Assembly (NCBI RefSeq): GCF_039654945.1 | Contig: NW_027361869.1 | Span: 8,184,001 to 8,248,000, forward strand | Direction: 5' to 3' | From: Dendrobates tinctorius | Lineage: Eukaryota | DNA: 64,000 bases | Part shown: positions 1-12,132 of the stretch, piece by piece | Numbering within the stretch: position 1 is the first letter of the stretch | How the letters are laid out: every line of letters starts with the position of its first letter | The notes under the pieces: generated by a model | Seen by the model: the letters and a program-made list of their open reading frames with translations, nothing else | What the model was told of the DNA's origin: nothing | Databases searched by the model: none | Position numbers and translations under genes: made by a program

Positions 1-180
1 TGGATGATATAGTAACTGACCCAAGCTAGCAGGAGGACATGCAAAGTGAGGACAGCAGCATAGGGGGAGGGAGGCATAGCGCCCCAACAGCCAGGAAGAA
101 GCAGTGTGGTTGCCGCAGACAGAAGGCCGGCGACTATTAACAGTAACACCAACATGATGGAAGTTGCCTGTCCATCTGTT

Positions 181-320
181 AGGCCTTCTCAAGTCTAGTT
201 GTTTTTTAATACTCTGCCCATAACCCCAAAAAAGGTCATTTGCACCACCTGCCATGCCAGCATCAGCAGGGGTAGCAAAACTACCAGCCTCACCACCACG
301 AGCATGATCAGGACCATGGT
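181..320 (+). pseudogene. Degenerate BED zinc-finger fragment of a hAT-type transposase
   Basis: Reads RPSQV*LFFN...VICTTCHASISRGSKTTSLTTTSMIR, matching the BED pattern vW.fF...C..C...isrG...TtsM.rH; the W codon is TAG and the His region is disrupted. Repeated at 57516-57655. Confidence 0.6.
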
Positions 321-381
321 TGGTAGCAAAGCCGGCAGTATTAAAGGTCAGGAATTCGCTCTTCTTGAGGGAGGATTGGGT

Positions 382-397
382 GGCTCTGAAAAGAGCC
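382..397 (-). terminator. H3 3' stem-loop with downstream purine-rich HDE
   Basis: Minus strand AAA-GGCTCTTTTCAGAGCC-ACCCA...AAGAAGAGC. Confidence 0.97.
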
Positions 398-428
398 TTT
401 GTGTTGCAGTCAGGTGGGCAGGACAGAT

Positions 429-1000
<572 letters not shown>

Positions 1001-1310
1001 CACTGTACAGAGAAGGCTCAACCTGACTCACAGTTCAGCTATCACCCACTGCTCTGATACACAGGGTCACATCCAATCTCCAGGCGGCTTCTACAGCGGA
1101 AGCTCCGATTCTATATTCCCAGTACCCAGAGCGGTACAGCAGCTCCTCTATAATCAGTCACTGACGCTCCAACTCTCACATCGGAGTTATAACCTCACAC
1201 CACTCTTACTAAGATGTGGGTTACAGGTGGTGATAATTAGGATGATGGAAGTAACGTGATTTCTGCTGCACATCGGCCCCTTCCCTCCATTACACAGAAC
1301 TGTCACCTGA

Positions 1311-1815
1311 AGGCACCGATCATACAGCTCTGCGGGGAGGAGGTGGAGGCACTGATCATACAGCTCTGCGGGGACAGGGTGGTGGCACTGATCATACAGC
1401 TCTGCGGGGAGGAGGTGGAGGCACTGATCATACAGCTCTGCGGGGACAGGGTGGTGGCACTGATCATACAGCTCTGCGGGGAGGAGGTGGAGGCACTGAT
1501 CATACAGCTCTGCGGGGAGGAGGTGGAGGCACTGATCATACAGCTCTGCGGGGACAGGGTGGTGGCACTGATCATACAGCTCTACGAGGACAGGGTGGTG
1601 GCTCAGATCATACAGCTCTGCGGGGACAGGGTGGTGGCACCGATCATACAGCTCTGCGGGGACAGGGTGGTGGCACTGATCATACAGCTCTACGAGGACA
1701 GGGTGGTGGCACCGATCATACAGCTCTGCGGGGACAGGGTGGTGGCACTGATCATACAGCTCTACGAGGACAGGGTGGTGGCACCGATCATACAGCTCTG
1801 CGGGGACAGGGTGGT
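1311..1815 (-). repeat. Homogeneous 36-bp minisatellite (~14 copies) of the H1 cleavage-site/HDE segment
   Basis: Minus-strand unit GCCACCACCCTGTCCCCGCAGAGCTGTATGATCAGT, continuous and in register with the H1 stem-loop. Confidence 0.97.
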
Positions 1816-1831
1816 GGCTCTGAAAAGAGCC
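1816..1831 (-). terminator. H1 3' stem-loop; first HDE at 1791-1800
   Basis: Minus strand AAA-GGCTCTTTTCAGAGCC-ACCACCCTGTCCCCG-CAGAGCTGTA. Confidence 0.97.
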
Positions 1832-1858
1832 TTTGTGTAAAATAACTGGGTCCGCAAC

Positions 1859-2476
1859 TTATTTCTTGGCCGCGGGCTTCTTGGCTTTCTTAGCCGGACT
1901 CTTGGCAGCTTTAGGTTTGGCCGCCTTTTTAGCCGGACTCTTCGTCGCCTTCTTAGGCTTGGGAGCGGCTTTCGACTTCTTGGGGCTCTTGGCCGCTTTC
2001 TTGGCAGCTGCGGGCTTCTTGGCCTTTTTCGGGCTCTTCTTGGCCGTGGTCAGAGCCTTCTTGGGCTTCTTCGGAGATTTGGCGGCTTTCTTAGCAGCAA
2101 CGGGTTTCTTGGGCTTGGCTGCTGACTTCTTGGCCACTTTAGTCTCCTGCTTCTTGTTGAGTTTGAAGGACCCGGAGGCGCCGCTGCCCTTCACCTGGAG
2201 GAGGGTGCCCTTGGTGACCAGAGACCTGACGGCCAGCTTCAGGCGGCTGTTGTTCTTCTCTACATCGTACCCTCCGGCAGACAGCGCCTTCTTCAGGGCG
2301 GCCAGAGACACCCCACTGCGCTCCTTAGAGGCTGACACGGCTTTCACGATCAGCTCGGAGACGCCAGGACCGGAGGATTTCTTGCTGCTCTTGGCGGCGG
2401 ATTTCTTTGGCTGCTTCTTGGACTTGGCAGCCGGTTCTGCGGGAGGGGGAGCGGCGGCTGGCGCGGTCTCTGCCAT
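1859..2476 (-). CDS. H1: Linker histone H1 (somatic, replication-dependent)
   Basis: 205 aa [10 protein letters not shown]..., globular domain [15 protein letters not shown]...[14 protein letters not shown]-rich tail with SPKK motifs. Confidence 0.98.
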   Translation of the reverse strand: MAETAPAAAPPPAEPAAKSKKQPKKSAAKSSKKSSGPGVSELIVKAVSASKERSGVSLAALKKALSAGGYDVEKNNSRLKLAVRSLVTKGTLLQVKGSGASGSFKLNKKQETKVAKKSAAKPKKPVAAKKAAKSPKKPKKALTTAKKSPKKAKKPAAAKKAAKSPKKSKAAPKPKKATKSPAKKAAKPKAAKSPAKKAKKPAAKK

Positions 2477-2547
2477 CCTGTGCTACGGAGCCAAAACACA
2501 AAAATCTCCCGATAGGAAAACACTAAGGCCGGAGCTGGAGGAGTCTG

Positions 2548-2638
2548 TTATATGTACAGGCTTACTGTGCACTGATTGGCTGCTGAGCTACACCGTCCTG
2601 AGCATCTATTGGCTGACACTGCATACATGCCCCGCCTC
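2548..2638 (-). promoter_or_regulatory. H1 promoter
   Basis: TATAA (2548-2552), CCAAT (2575-2579, 2608-2612), GC box (2631-2636) upstream of the minus-strand ATG. Confidence 0.7.
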
Positions 2639-5600
2639 TTCCCAGCTGAGAACGAGTGAAGCTCCGCTCTCCCCTTGTGCTTCCCTGCCCGGAATAAAAG
2701 CCCTTTACCGGCTGACACCGGACAGCAGAGCGCGCTTCCTCCGCCGCTTCTTCTTCGCCATCTTCTCCACCGACCGTCTGTAGCTGTCACTAGCAGAGAC
2801 GCCGGGGAAGAGCGGAGAGGAGGTCCCGGGATCATCGCCGTCGTCCTCCAGATCTGCACATCGCTGTGTATCCGGGAAGATACATCTGCTGGGGGAACTC
2901 GTTCCTCCTGTTCCCGGCTCCTGTCACCATCACAGGGATCTTTACTACAATGTCTATCGTACAGGACGCTGATTGTACGATGTGGGGACGACCTGGAGCT
3001 GCTGAGAGCCCAGAAGGGTAACACAGGCGATGGCTCCGCTGACTGCCGCCTCCCTGACCTGTGACCTCCCTGTACCCCGTATGTGCGGAGTATTGGGGGT
3101 GACAGATGCTCCACATCAGGAGATGATCCACATCGGCGGCTGATTGCAATGACCTGCTAAAATCTGGTCTCACCCATTGTGGAGCTGTGACCGCTGAGGC
3201 CTGTAATGGTGGAAGAGAACTGATAAGGGGCAGCTTCATAATGCGACTCACTCCCCAACCAGACGCATCTCCGGGGAGAAAACTGTGAGATATTCCTGGA
3301 TTTATGTGACCCAACTATTGTGCAAAAGGGGAATATTGGGAGAAAAGAGGAGACACAAAATGCAATTTCTACACACAGAGCACAGCTGTATAGGGATGAG
3401 GTGGTGGCACTGATCATAAAGCTCTGCAGGGATGATGTGGTGGCACTGATGATACAGGTGTGCAGGGACGAGGTGGTGGCACTGATCATACAGCTCTGCA
3501 GGGACGAGGTGGTGGCACTGATCATACAGCTCTGCAGGGATGAGGTTGTGGCACTGATCATACAGCTCTGCAGGGATGAGGTTGTGGCACTGATCATACA
3601 GCTCTGCGGCGACAAGGTGGTGGTACTGATCATACAGCTCTGCAGAGAGGAGGTGGTGGCACTGATCATACAGCTCTGAAGGGAATGTGTGGTGGCACTG
3701 ATCATAAAGTTCTGCAGTGACGAGTTGGTAGCACTAATCATACTGCTTTTCAGGGAGGAGGTGGTGGCACTGATCATACAGCTCTGCAGGAATGAGGAGG
3801 TGGCACTGATCATACAGCTCTGCGGGGACAAGGTGGTGACACTGATAATACACCTCTGCGGCGACAAGGTGGTGGCACTGATCATACAGCTCTGCGGGGA
3901 CAAGGTGTTGGTACTGATCATACAGCTCTGCAAGGACCAGGTGGTGGCACTTATCATACAGCTCTGCAGAGAGGAGGTGGTGGCACTGATCATACACCTC
4001 TGCGGCGACAAGGTGTTGGTACTGATCATACAGCTCTGCAAGGACCAGGTGGTGGCACTTATCATACAGCTCTGCAGAGAGGAGGTGGTGGCACTGATCA
4101 TGCAGCTCTGCTCGGACAATGTGGTGGCACTTATGTTACAGCTTTGCGGGGACAAGGTGGTGGCAGTGATAATACAGCTCTACAAGGATGAGGTGGTGGT
4201 GCTAATCATACAGCTCTGCAGGGAGGAGGTGGTGGCACTGATCATACAGCTCTACGGGGACAAGATGGTGGCACTGATCATAAAGCTCTGAGGGGATGAC
4301 GTGGTGGCACTGATCAAATAGCTCTGCAGGGATTCGGTGGTGGCACTGATCGTACAGCTCTGCAAGGAGTTGGCGGTGGCACTGATCATACAACTTTGCG
4401 GCGACAAGGTGGTGGCACTGATCATACAGGTCTGCAGGTAAAAGGTGGTGGCACTGAACATACAGCTCAGCGCGGACAAGATGGTAGCACTGATCAGACA
4501 GCTCTACATGGAGGAGGTTGTGGCACTGAACATACTGGTTTGCAGGGATGAGGTAGTGGCACTGATCATACAGCTGTGCCTGGATGAGGTGGTTGCACTG
4601 ATCATACAGCTCTGCAGGGAAAAGTTGGTGACACTGATCATACACCTCTGCAGCAACAAGGTGGTGGTACTGATCATACAGCTCTGCGGGGACAAGATGG
4701 TGGCACTGATCATAAAGCTCTGCAGGGATGATGTGGTGGCACTGATCATACAGGTCTGCAGGGATGAGGTGGTAGCACTCATCATACATCTCTGCAGGGA
4801 CGAGGTGGTGGCACTGGTCAAATAGCTCTGCAGGGATTAGGTGGTGGCACTGATCTTACAGCTCTGCAAGGAGTAGGCAGTGGCACTGATCATACAGCTC
4901 TGCGGGGACTAGGTGGTGGTACTGATCATACAGCTCTGTGCTGACCAACTGATGGCACTGATCATACAGCTTTGCGGTGACAATGTGGTGGCACTGATTA
5001 TACAGTTCTGCGGCGACAACGTGGTAGTACTGATCATACAGCTCTGCATGGAAAGGTGGTGGCACTCCACAAGCAGCTCTGCAGGGAAACGGTGGTGGCA
5101 CTGAACATACAGCTCAGCGCGGACAAGGTGGTGGCACTGATCAGACAGCTCTACAGGGAGGAGGTGTTGGCACTGTACATACTTGCTTGCAGGGATGAGG
5201 TAGTGGCACTGATCATACACCTCTGCAGGGATGAGGTGATGGCACTGAAGATACAGCTCTGCAGGGATGAGGTGGTTGCACTGATCATAAGGCTCTGCAG
5301 GTACAAGGTTGTGTCACTGATCTTAAAGCTCTGCAGGGATGAGGTGGTGGCACTGATCATACAGTTCTGCGGGGATCAGGTGGTGGCACTGATCATACAG
5401 CTCTGTGTGGATAAGATGGTGGCAATGATAATACAGCTCTGCAGGGAGGAGTTGGTGGCACTGATCATACAGCTCTGCAAGGATGAGGTGTTGGAACTGA
5501 TCATACAGCTTTGCGGGGACAATGTGGTTGCACTGATTATAAATCTCTTTAGGGATAAGTTGGAGGCACTGATCATGCGGTTCTGCAAGGATGAGGTTGT

Positions 5601-7275
5601 GGCACTGATCATACAGCTGTGCGGGGACAAGGTGGTGGTACTGATCATACAGCTCTGCAGGGAGGAGGTGGTGGCGCTGAACATACAGCTCTGCAGGGAA
5701 AAGGTGGTGGCACTGAACATACAGCTCAGCTTGGACAAGGTGGTGGTACTGATCAGACAGCTCTACAGGGAGGAGGTGGTTGCACTGATCATACACCTCT
5801 GTGGGGAGGAGGCGGTGGCACTGATCATAAGGCTCTGTAGGGACAAGGTTGTGTCACTGATCTTACAGCTCTGCAGGGATGAGGTGGTGCACTGATCATA
5901 CAGTTCTGCGGGGAGGAGGTAGTGGCACTGATCACACAGATCTGCAGGGAGTAGGTGGTGGCACTGATCATACAGCTCTGTGTGGATAAAATGGTGGCAC
6001 TGATCATACAGCTCTGCAGGGAGGAGTTGGTGGCACTGATCATACAGCTCTGCAGGGAAGAGGTGGTGACACTGATCATAAAGCTCTGCAAGGATGATGT
6101 GTTGGCACTGATCATACAGTTTTGCGGGGACAATGTGGTTGCATTGATTATATATCTCTTTAGGGATAAGTTGGAGGCACTGATCATGCGGTTCTGCAGA
6201 GATGAGGTTGTGGCACTGATCATACAGCTCTGCAGGGATGAGGTGGTGGCACTGATCATACAGCTCTGCAGGGAGGAGGTGGTGGCACTGATCATACAGC
6301 TCAGCAGGGAGGAGTTGGTGGCACTGATCATACAGCTCTGCAGGGAAGAGGTGGTGACACTGATCATACAATTCTGCAAGGATGAGGTGTTGGCACTGAT
6401 CATACAGCTTTGCGGGGACAATGTGGTTGCACTGATTATATATCTATTTAGGGATAAGTTGGAGGCACTGATCATGCGGTTCTGCAGGCATGAGGTTGTG
6501 GCACTGATCATACAGCTCTGCGGGGATAAGGTGGTGACACTGATCATTCACCTCTGCGGCGACAAGGTGGTGGTACTGATCATACAGCTCTGCAGGGAGG
6601 AGGTGGTGGCACTGATCACACAGCTCTGAAGGGAATAGGTGGTGGCACTGATCATACAGTTCTGCAGTGACGAGGTGGTGGCACTAATCATACATCTTTG
6701 CAGGGATGAGGTAGTGGCACAGATCATACAGCCCTGCAGGGACGAGGTAGTGGCACTGATCTTACAGCTCTGCTGGGACAAGGTGGTGACACTGATCATA
6801 CACCTCTGTGGCGACAAGTTGGTGGTACTGATCATAGAGCTCTGCAAGGGCCAGGTGGTGGCACTGATCATAAAGCTCTGCAGGGAAAAGTTGGTGGCAC
6901 TAATCATACAGCTCTGTAGGGACGAGGTGTTGGCACTTATCATACAGCCGTGCACAGACAAGGTGGTTGCACTGATCATACATCGTTACGGGGACAATGT
7001 GGTTGCACTGATTATACATCTCTTTAGGGATAAGTTGGAGGCACTGATCATCCATTTCTGCAGGGATGAGGTTGTGGCACTGATCATACAGCTCTGCAGG
7101 GATGAGGCAGTGGCAGTAATCATACAGCTCTGCAGGGGCGAGGTGGTGGCACTGATCATACTTCTTTGTGGTGACTAGGTGGTGGTACAGATCATACAGG
7201 TCTGCAGGGATGTGTTGGCAGTACTGGTCATACTGCTCTGCAGGGAATAGATGGTGGCACTGATCATACAGTTCT

Positions 7276-7527
7276 GATGATATTGGAGACTGCGGACAGA
7301 CAGTCACTGGCGTTCTGTATTACAGAGGGGTAAGGTCAGGGGAAGACGTATACAGTTGTGTGTCATCAGCATAAAGATGGTACCGAAAGCCAAATTTGCT
7401 GATGGTCTGTCCAATTGGGGCTGTATAGAGAGAGAAGAGATGGGGGCCAAGGACTGAGCCCTGAGGTACCCAGACAGCAAGAGGAAGAGGAAATGAAGTG
7501 GAGCCAGAGAACAAAACACTGAAGAAC
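7276..7527 (-). mobile_element. L2-clade LINE RT fragment, copy 1 of 4
   Basis: Translates [40 protein letters not shown]; similar to but distinct from the RT at 38858-39361. Confidence 0.9.
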
Positions 7528-7670
7528 TCTGCAGGGACGAGGTGGTGGCACCGATCATACAGGTCAGCAGGGACGAGGTGGTGGCACTCATTATAGAACT
7601 CTGCAGGGATGAAGTGGTGGCACTGATCATACAGCTCTGCGGGGGAGGAGGAGGTGGCACTGATCATACA

Positions 7671-7868
7671 GGCCAAAAATGGGGGACGGGGTATAGCATG
7701 CAGATGGAGAGCACATTGATGCTGGAAAGAGCCTTTGTGTGGCAGTCAGGTGAGCAGGACAGATCTAAGCTCTCTCCCCACGGATCCAGCGGGCTAGCTG
7801 GATATCTTTGGGCATGATGGTGACCCTCTTAGCGTGGATCGCGCACAGATTTGTGTCCTCAAACAGCC
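7671..7868 (-). pseudogene. Collapsed-cluster relic 1: array-edge flank fused to H3 3' fragment
   Basis: 7671-7727 matches 50186-50249; 7726-7868 matches H3 ~390-532 ([33 protein letters not shown] plus half stem-loop). Confidence 0.93.
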
Positions 7869-10800
7869 AAGATGGTGAACTGATCATACAGCTCTGTAGT
7901 GACGAGGTGGTGGCACTGATCATGCAGTTCTGCAGGGATGAGGTTGTGGCACTGATCATACAGCTCGGCAGGGATGAGGTAGTGGCACAAATCATACAGC
8001 TCTGCAGGGAGGAGAGGAGGTAGTGGCACAGATCATACAGCCCTGCAGGGATGAGGTGGTGGCACTGATCATACACCTCTGCGGCGACAAGGTGGTGGCA
8101 CGGATCCTACAGCTCTGCGAGGACCAGGTGGTGGCACTGATCGTAAAGCTCTGCAGAGGTGGTGGTGGCACTGATTAGACAGCTTTGCAGGGAGTAGGTG
8201 GTGGCACTGATCATACAGCTCTGCGGGGACAAAGTGGTGGCACTTATGTTACAGCTTTGCGGGGAAAAGGTTGTGGCACTGATCATACAGCTCTGCAGGG
8301 AGGAGTTGGTGGCACTGATCATACAGCTCTGTGCTGACCAACTGGTGGCACTGATCATGCAACTTTGCGGTGACAAGGTGATGGCACTGATTATACAGTT
8401 CTGCGGTGACAAGGTGCTGGCACTGTTCATACAGGTCTGAAGGGAAAAGGAGGTGACACTGAACATACAGCTCAGCGCGGACAAGGTGGTGGCACTGATT
8501 ATACAGTTCTGCGGTGACAAGGTGGTGGCACTGATCAAACAGCTCTGCAGGGATTAGGTGGTGGCACTGATTATACAGCTCTGTGCTGACCAACTGGTGG
8601 CACTGATCATGCAACTTTGCGGTGACAAGGTGATGGCACTGATTATACAGTTCTGCGGTGACAAGGTGGTGGCACTGATCATACAGGTCTGCAGGGAAAA
8701 GGTGGTGGCACTGAACATACAGCTCAGCACGGACAAGGTGGTGGCACTGATCAGACAGCTCTACAGGGAGGAGGTTTTGGCACTGAACATCCTGGTTTGC
8801 AGGGATAAGGTAGTGGCTCTGATCATACAGCTCTGCAGGTATGAGGTGGTGGCACTGAAGATTCAGCTCTGCAGGGATGAGGTGGTTGCAATGATCATAC
8901 AGCTCTGTGGGGACAAGGTTGTGTCACTGATCTTACAGATCGGCAGGGAGTATGTGGTGGCATTGATCATTCAGCTCTGTGTGGATAAGATGGTGGCACT
9001 GATAATGCAGCTCTGCAGGGAAGAGGTGGTGACACTGATCATACAGCTCTGCAAGGACGAGGTGTTGGCACTGATCATACAGCTTTGCGGGGACAATGTG
9101 GTTGCACTGATTATACATCTCTTTAGGGATAAGTTGGAGGCACTGATCATGCAGTTATGCAGGGATGAGGTTGTGGCACTGATCATACAGCTCTGCAAGG
9201 ACGAGGTGTTGGCACTGATCATACAGCTTTGCGGGGACAATGTGGTTGCACTGATTATACTTCTCTTTAGGGATAAGTTGGAGGCACTGATCATGCAGTT
9301 ATGCAGGGATGAGGTTGTGGCACTGATCATACAGCTCTGCAGGTATGAGTTAGTGGCACTGATCATACAGCTCTGAAGGGATGAGGTAGTGGCACAGATC
9401 ACACAGCTCTGCAGGGATGAGGATGTGGCACTGATCATACAGCTCTGCGGGGACAAGGTGGTGACACTGATAATATACCTCTGCGGCGACAAGGTGGTGG
9501 TACTGATCATACAGCTCTGCAGAGAGGAGGTGGTGGCACTGATCATACAGCTCTGAAGGGAATAGGTGGTGGCACTGATCATAAAGTTCTGCAGTGACGA
9601 GTTGGTGGCACTAATCATACTGCTTTGCAGGGAGGAGGTGGTGGCACTGATCATACAGCTTTGCGTGGACAAGGTGGTGGCACTGATCATATAGCTCTGA
9701 GGGGATGACGTGGTGGACTGATCAAATAGCTCTGCAGGGATTAGGTGGTGGCAATGATCATACAGCTCTGCAAGGAGTAGGCGGTGGCACTGATCTTACA
9801 GCTCTGTGCTGACCAACTGGTGGCACTGATCATACAACTTTGTGGTGACAAGGTGGTGGCACTGATTATACAGTTCTGCGGCTACAAGGTGGTGGCACTG
9901 ATCATACAGCTCTGAAGTGACGAGGTTGTGGCAATGATCATGCAGTTCTGCAGGGATGATTCAGTAGCACAGATCATACAGCCCTGCAGGGATGAAAGGG
10001 TGGCACTGATCATAGAGCTCTGCAGGGAAAAGTTGGTGACACTGATCATACACCTTTGTGGCGACAAGGTGATGGTACTGATCATACAGCTCTGCAAGGA
10101 CCAGGTGGTGGCACTGATCATAAAGCTCTGCAGGGATGAGGTGGTGGCACTGATCATACAGCTCTGCAGAGAGGAGGTGGCGGCACTGATCATACACCTC
10201 TGCGGGGACAAGGTGGTGACACTGATTATACACGTCTGTGGCGACGAGGTGCTGGTACTGATCATACAGCTCTGCAGGGAGGAGGTGGTGGCACTGATCA
10301 TACACCTCTGCAGCAACAAGGTGGTGGTACTGATCATACAGCTCTGCGGGGACAAGATGGTGGCACTGATCATAAAGCTCTGCAGGGATGATGTGCTGGC
10401 ACTGATCATACAGGTCTGCAGGGATGAGATAGTGGCTCAGATCATACAGCTCTACAGGGATGAGGAGGTGGCACTGATCATACACCTCTGCGGGGACAAG
10501 GTGGTGACACTGATTATACACGTCTGTGGCGACAAGGTGCTGGTACTGATCATACAGCTCTGCAGGGAGGAGGTGGTGGCACTGATCATACAGCTCTGAA
10601 GGGAATAGGTGGTGGCACTGATCATAAAGTTCTGCAGTGACGAGGTGGTGGCACTAATCATACTGCTTTGCAGGGAAGAGGTGGTGGCACAGATCATACA
10701 GCTCTGCAGAGAGGAGGTGGTGGCACTGATTATACAGCTTTGCAGGGAGGAGATGGTGGCACTGATCATACAGCTCTGCAGGGAGTAGGTGGTGGCACTG

Positions 10801-11612
10801 ATCATACAGCTCTCCCGGGACAATTTGATGGCACTGATCATACAGCTCTGCTCGGACAAAGTGTTGGCACTTATGATACAGCTTTGTGGGGACAAGGTGG
10901 TGGCACTGATCATACAGCTCTGCAGTGACGAGGTCGTGGCACTGATCATGCAGTTCTGCAGGGATGATTCAGTAGCACAGATCATACAGCCCTGCAGGGA
11001 TGAAGTGGTGGCACTGATCATACAGCTCTGCAGGGAAAAGTTGGTGACACTGATCATACACCTCTGTGGCGACAAGGTGGTGGTACTGATCATACAGCTC
11101 TGCAAGGACCAGGTGGTGGCACTGATTATAAAGCTCTGCAGGGATGAGGTGGTGGCACTGATCATACAGCTCTGCAGAGAGGAGGTGGTGGCACTGATTA
11201 TACAGCTTTACAGGGAGGAGATGGTGGCACTGATCATACAGCTCTGTGTGGACAATTTGATGGCACTGATCATACAGCTCTGCTCGGACAAAGTAGTGGC
11301 ACTTATGATACAGCTTTGCGGGGACAAGGTGGTGGCACTGAACATATAGCTCAGCGTGGACAAGGTGGTGGCTCTGATCTTAAAGCTCTACAAGGATTAG
11401 GTGGAGGTACTAATCATACAGCTCTGCAGGGAGGAGGTGGTGGCACTGATCATACAGCTCTGCGGGCACAAGATGGTGGCACTAATCATAAAGCTCTGCA
11501 GGGATGAGGTGGTGGCACTGATCATACAGCTTTGCGTGGACAAGGTGGTGGCACTGATCATGTAGCCCTGAGCGGAGGACGTGGTGGCACTGATCATACA
11601 GCTCTGCAAGGA

Positions 11613-11783
11613 AAAAATAACTCAAAGATGGATGGGAATGAGAAATCCCACAGGATAAAAAAGATGCTACATGAATGATAAAAATAATAACAATGATAAT
11701 AATAAATGGCACAATTTTTATTTTTTTAAATAAAGATGCCTTTATTAAAATATTGACACAACAATTAAGTGCATTAAAAAAAA

Positions 11784-11825
<42 letters not shown>

Positions 11826-12132
11826 GTATACAATCACATTAGCCAAAACCAATCCATATCAAAAAGGCTTAATTAATGAACCAGGTACAAAAATGCATAT
11901 ATATAGTGACACAAGGATAATTACATAAAAAGAAAATAAATTTATGTATAATGAATGTGCCCAAAGTGCAGAGGTGCAGCTGTGCAAAAAATTCAAATCG
12001 CACTAAGGCGTGTGCAACAAAACACAAAGTGTAAAATACCTGTAAGCCGATTGACTCTATGTGAGTTGTATAAGAACATGCCCCGACGGGCGTTTCGGAA
12101 ATAAATCTCCTTCGTCAGGTGGATAGATACGC
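11613..12132 (-). mobile_element. AT-rich insert, probable Penelope-like element terminal fragment, copy 1 of 3
   Basis: Flanked by 9-bp duplication CTGCAAGGA; contains a hammerhead-like motif, (TA)n and minus-strand AATAAA. Confidence 0.7.
12081..12124 (-). ncRNA. Minimal type I hammerhead ribozyme-like motif
   Basis: Minus strand CCAC-CTGACGA-AGGAGATTTATTTCC-GAAAC-GCCC-GTC-GGGG: CUGANGA box, stem II, GAAA box, GUC triplet; stem I imperfect. Confidence 0.65.

Noticed and set aside
2548-3314. ORFs of 129-188 aa upstream of H1
   Set aside because: No recognisable domain; GC-rich promoter-flank sequence, conserved only because the whole unit is duplicated.
7765-8076. Satellite-H3 fusion ORF (103 aa)
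   Set aside because: Chance in-frame junction with no promoter and a broken stem-loop; not maintained as the same ORF in the other three relics.
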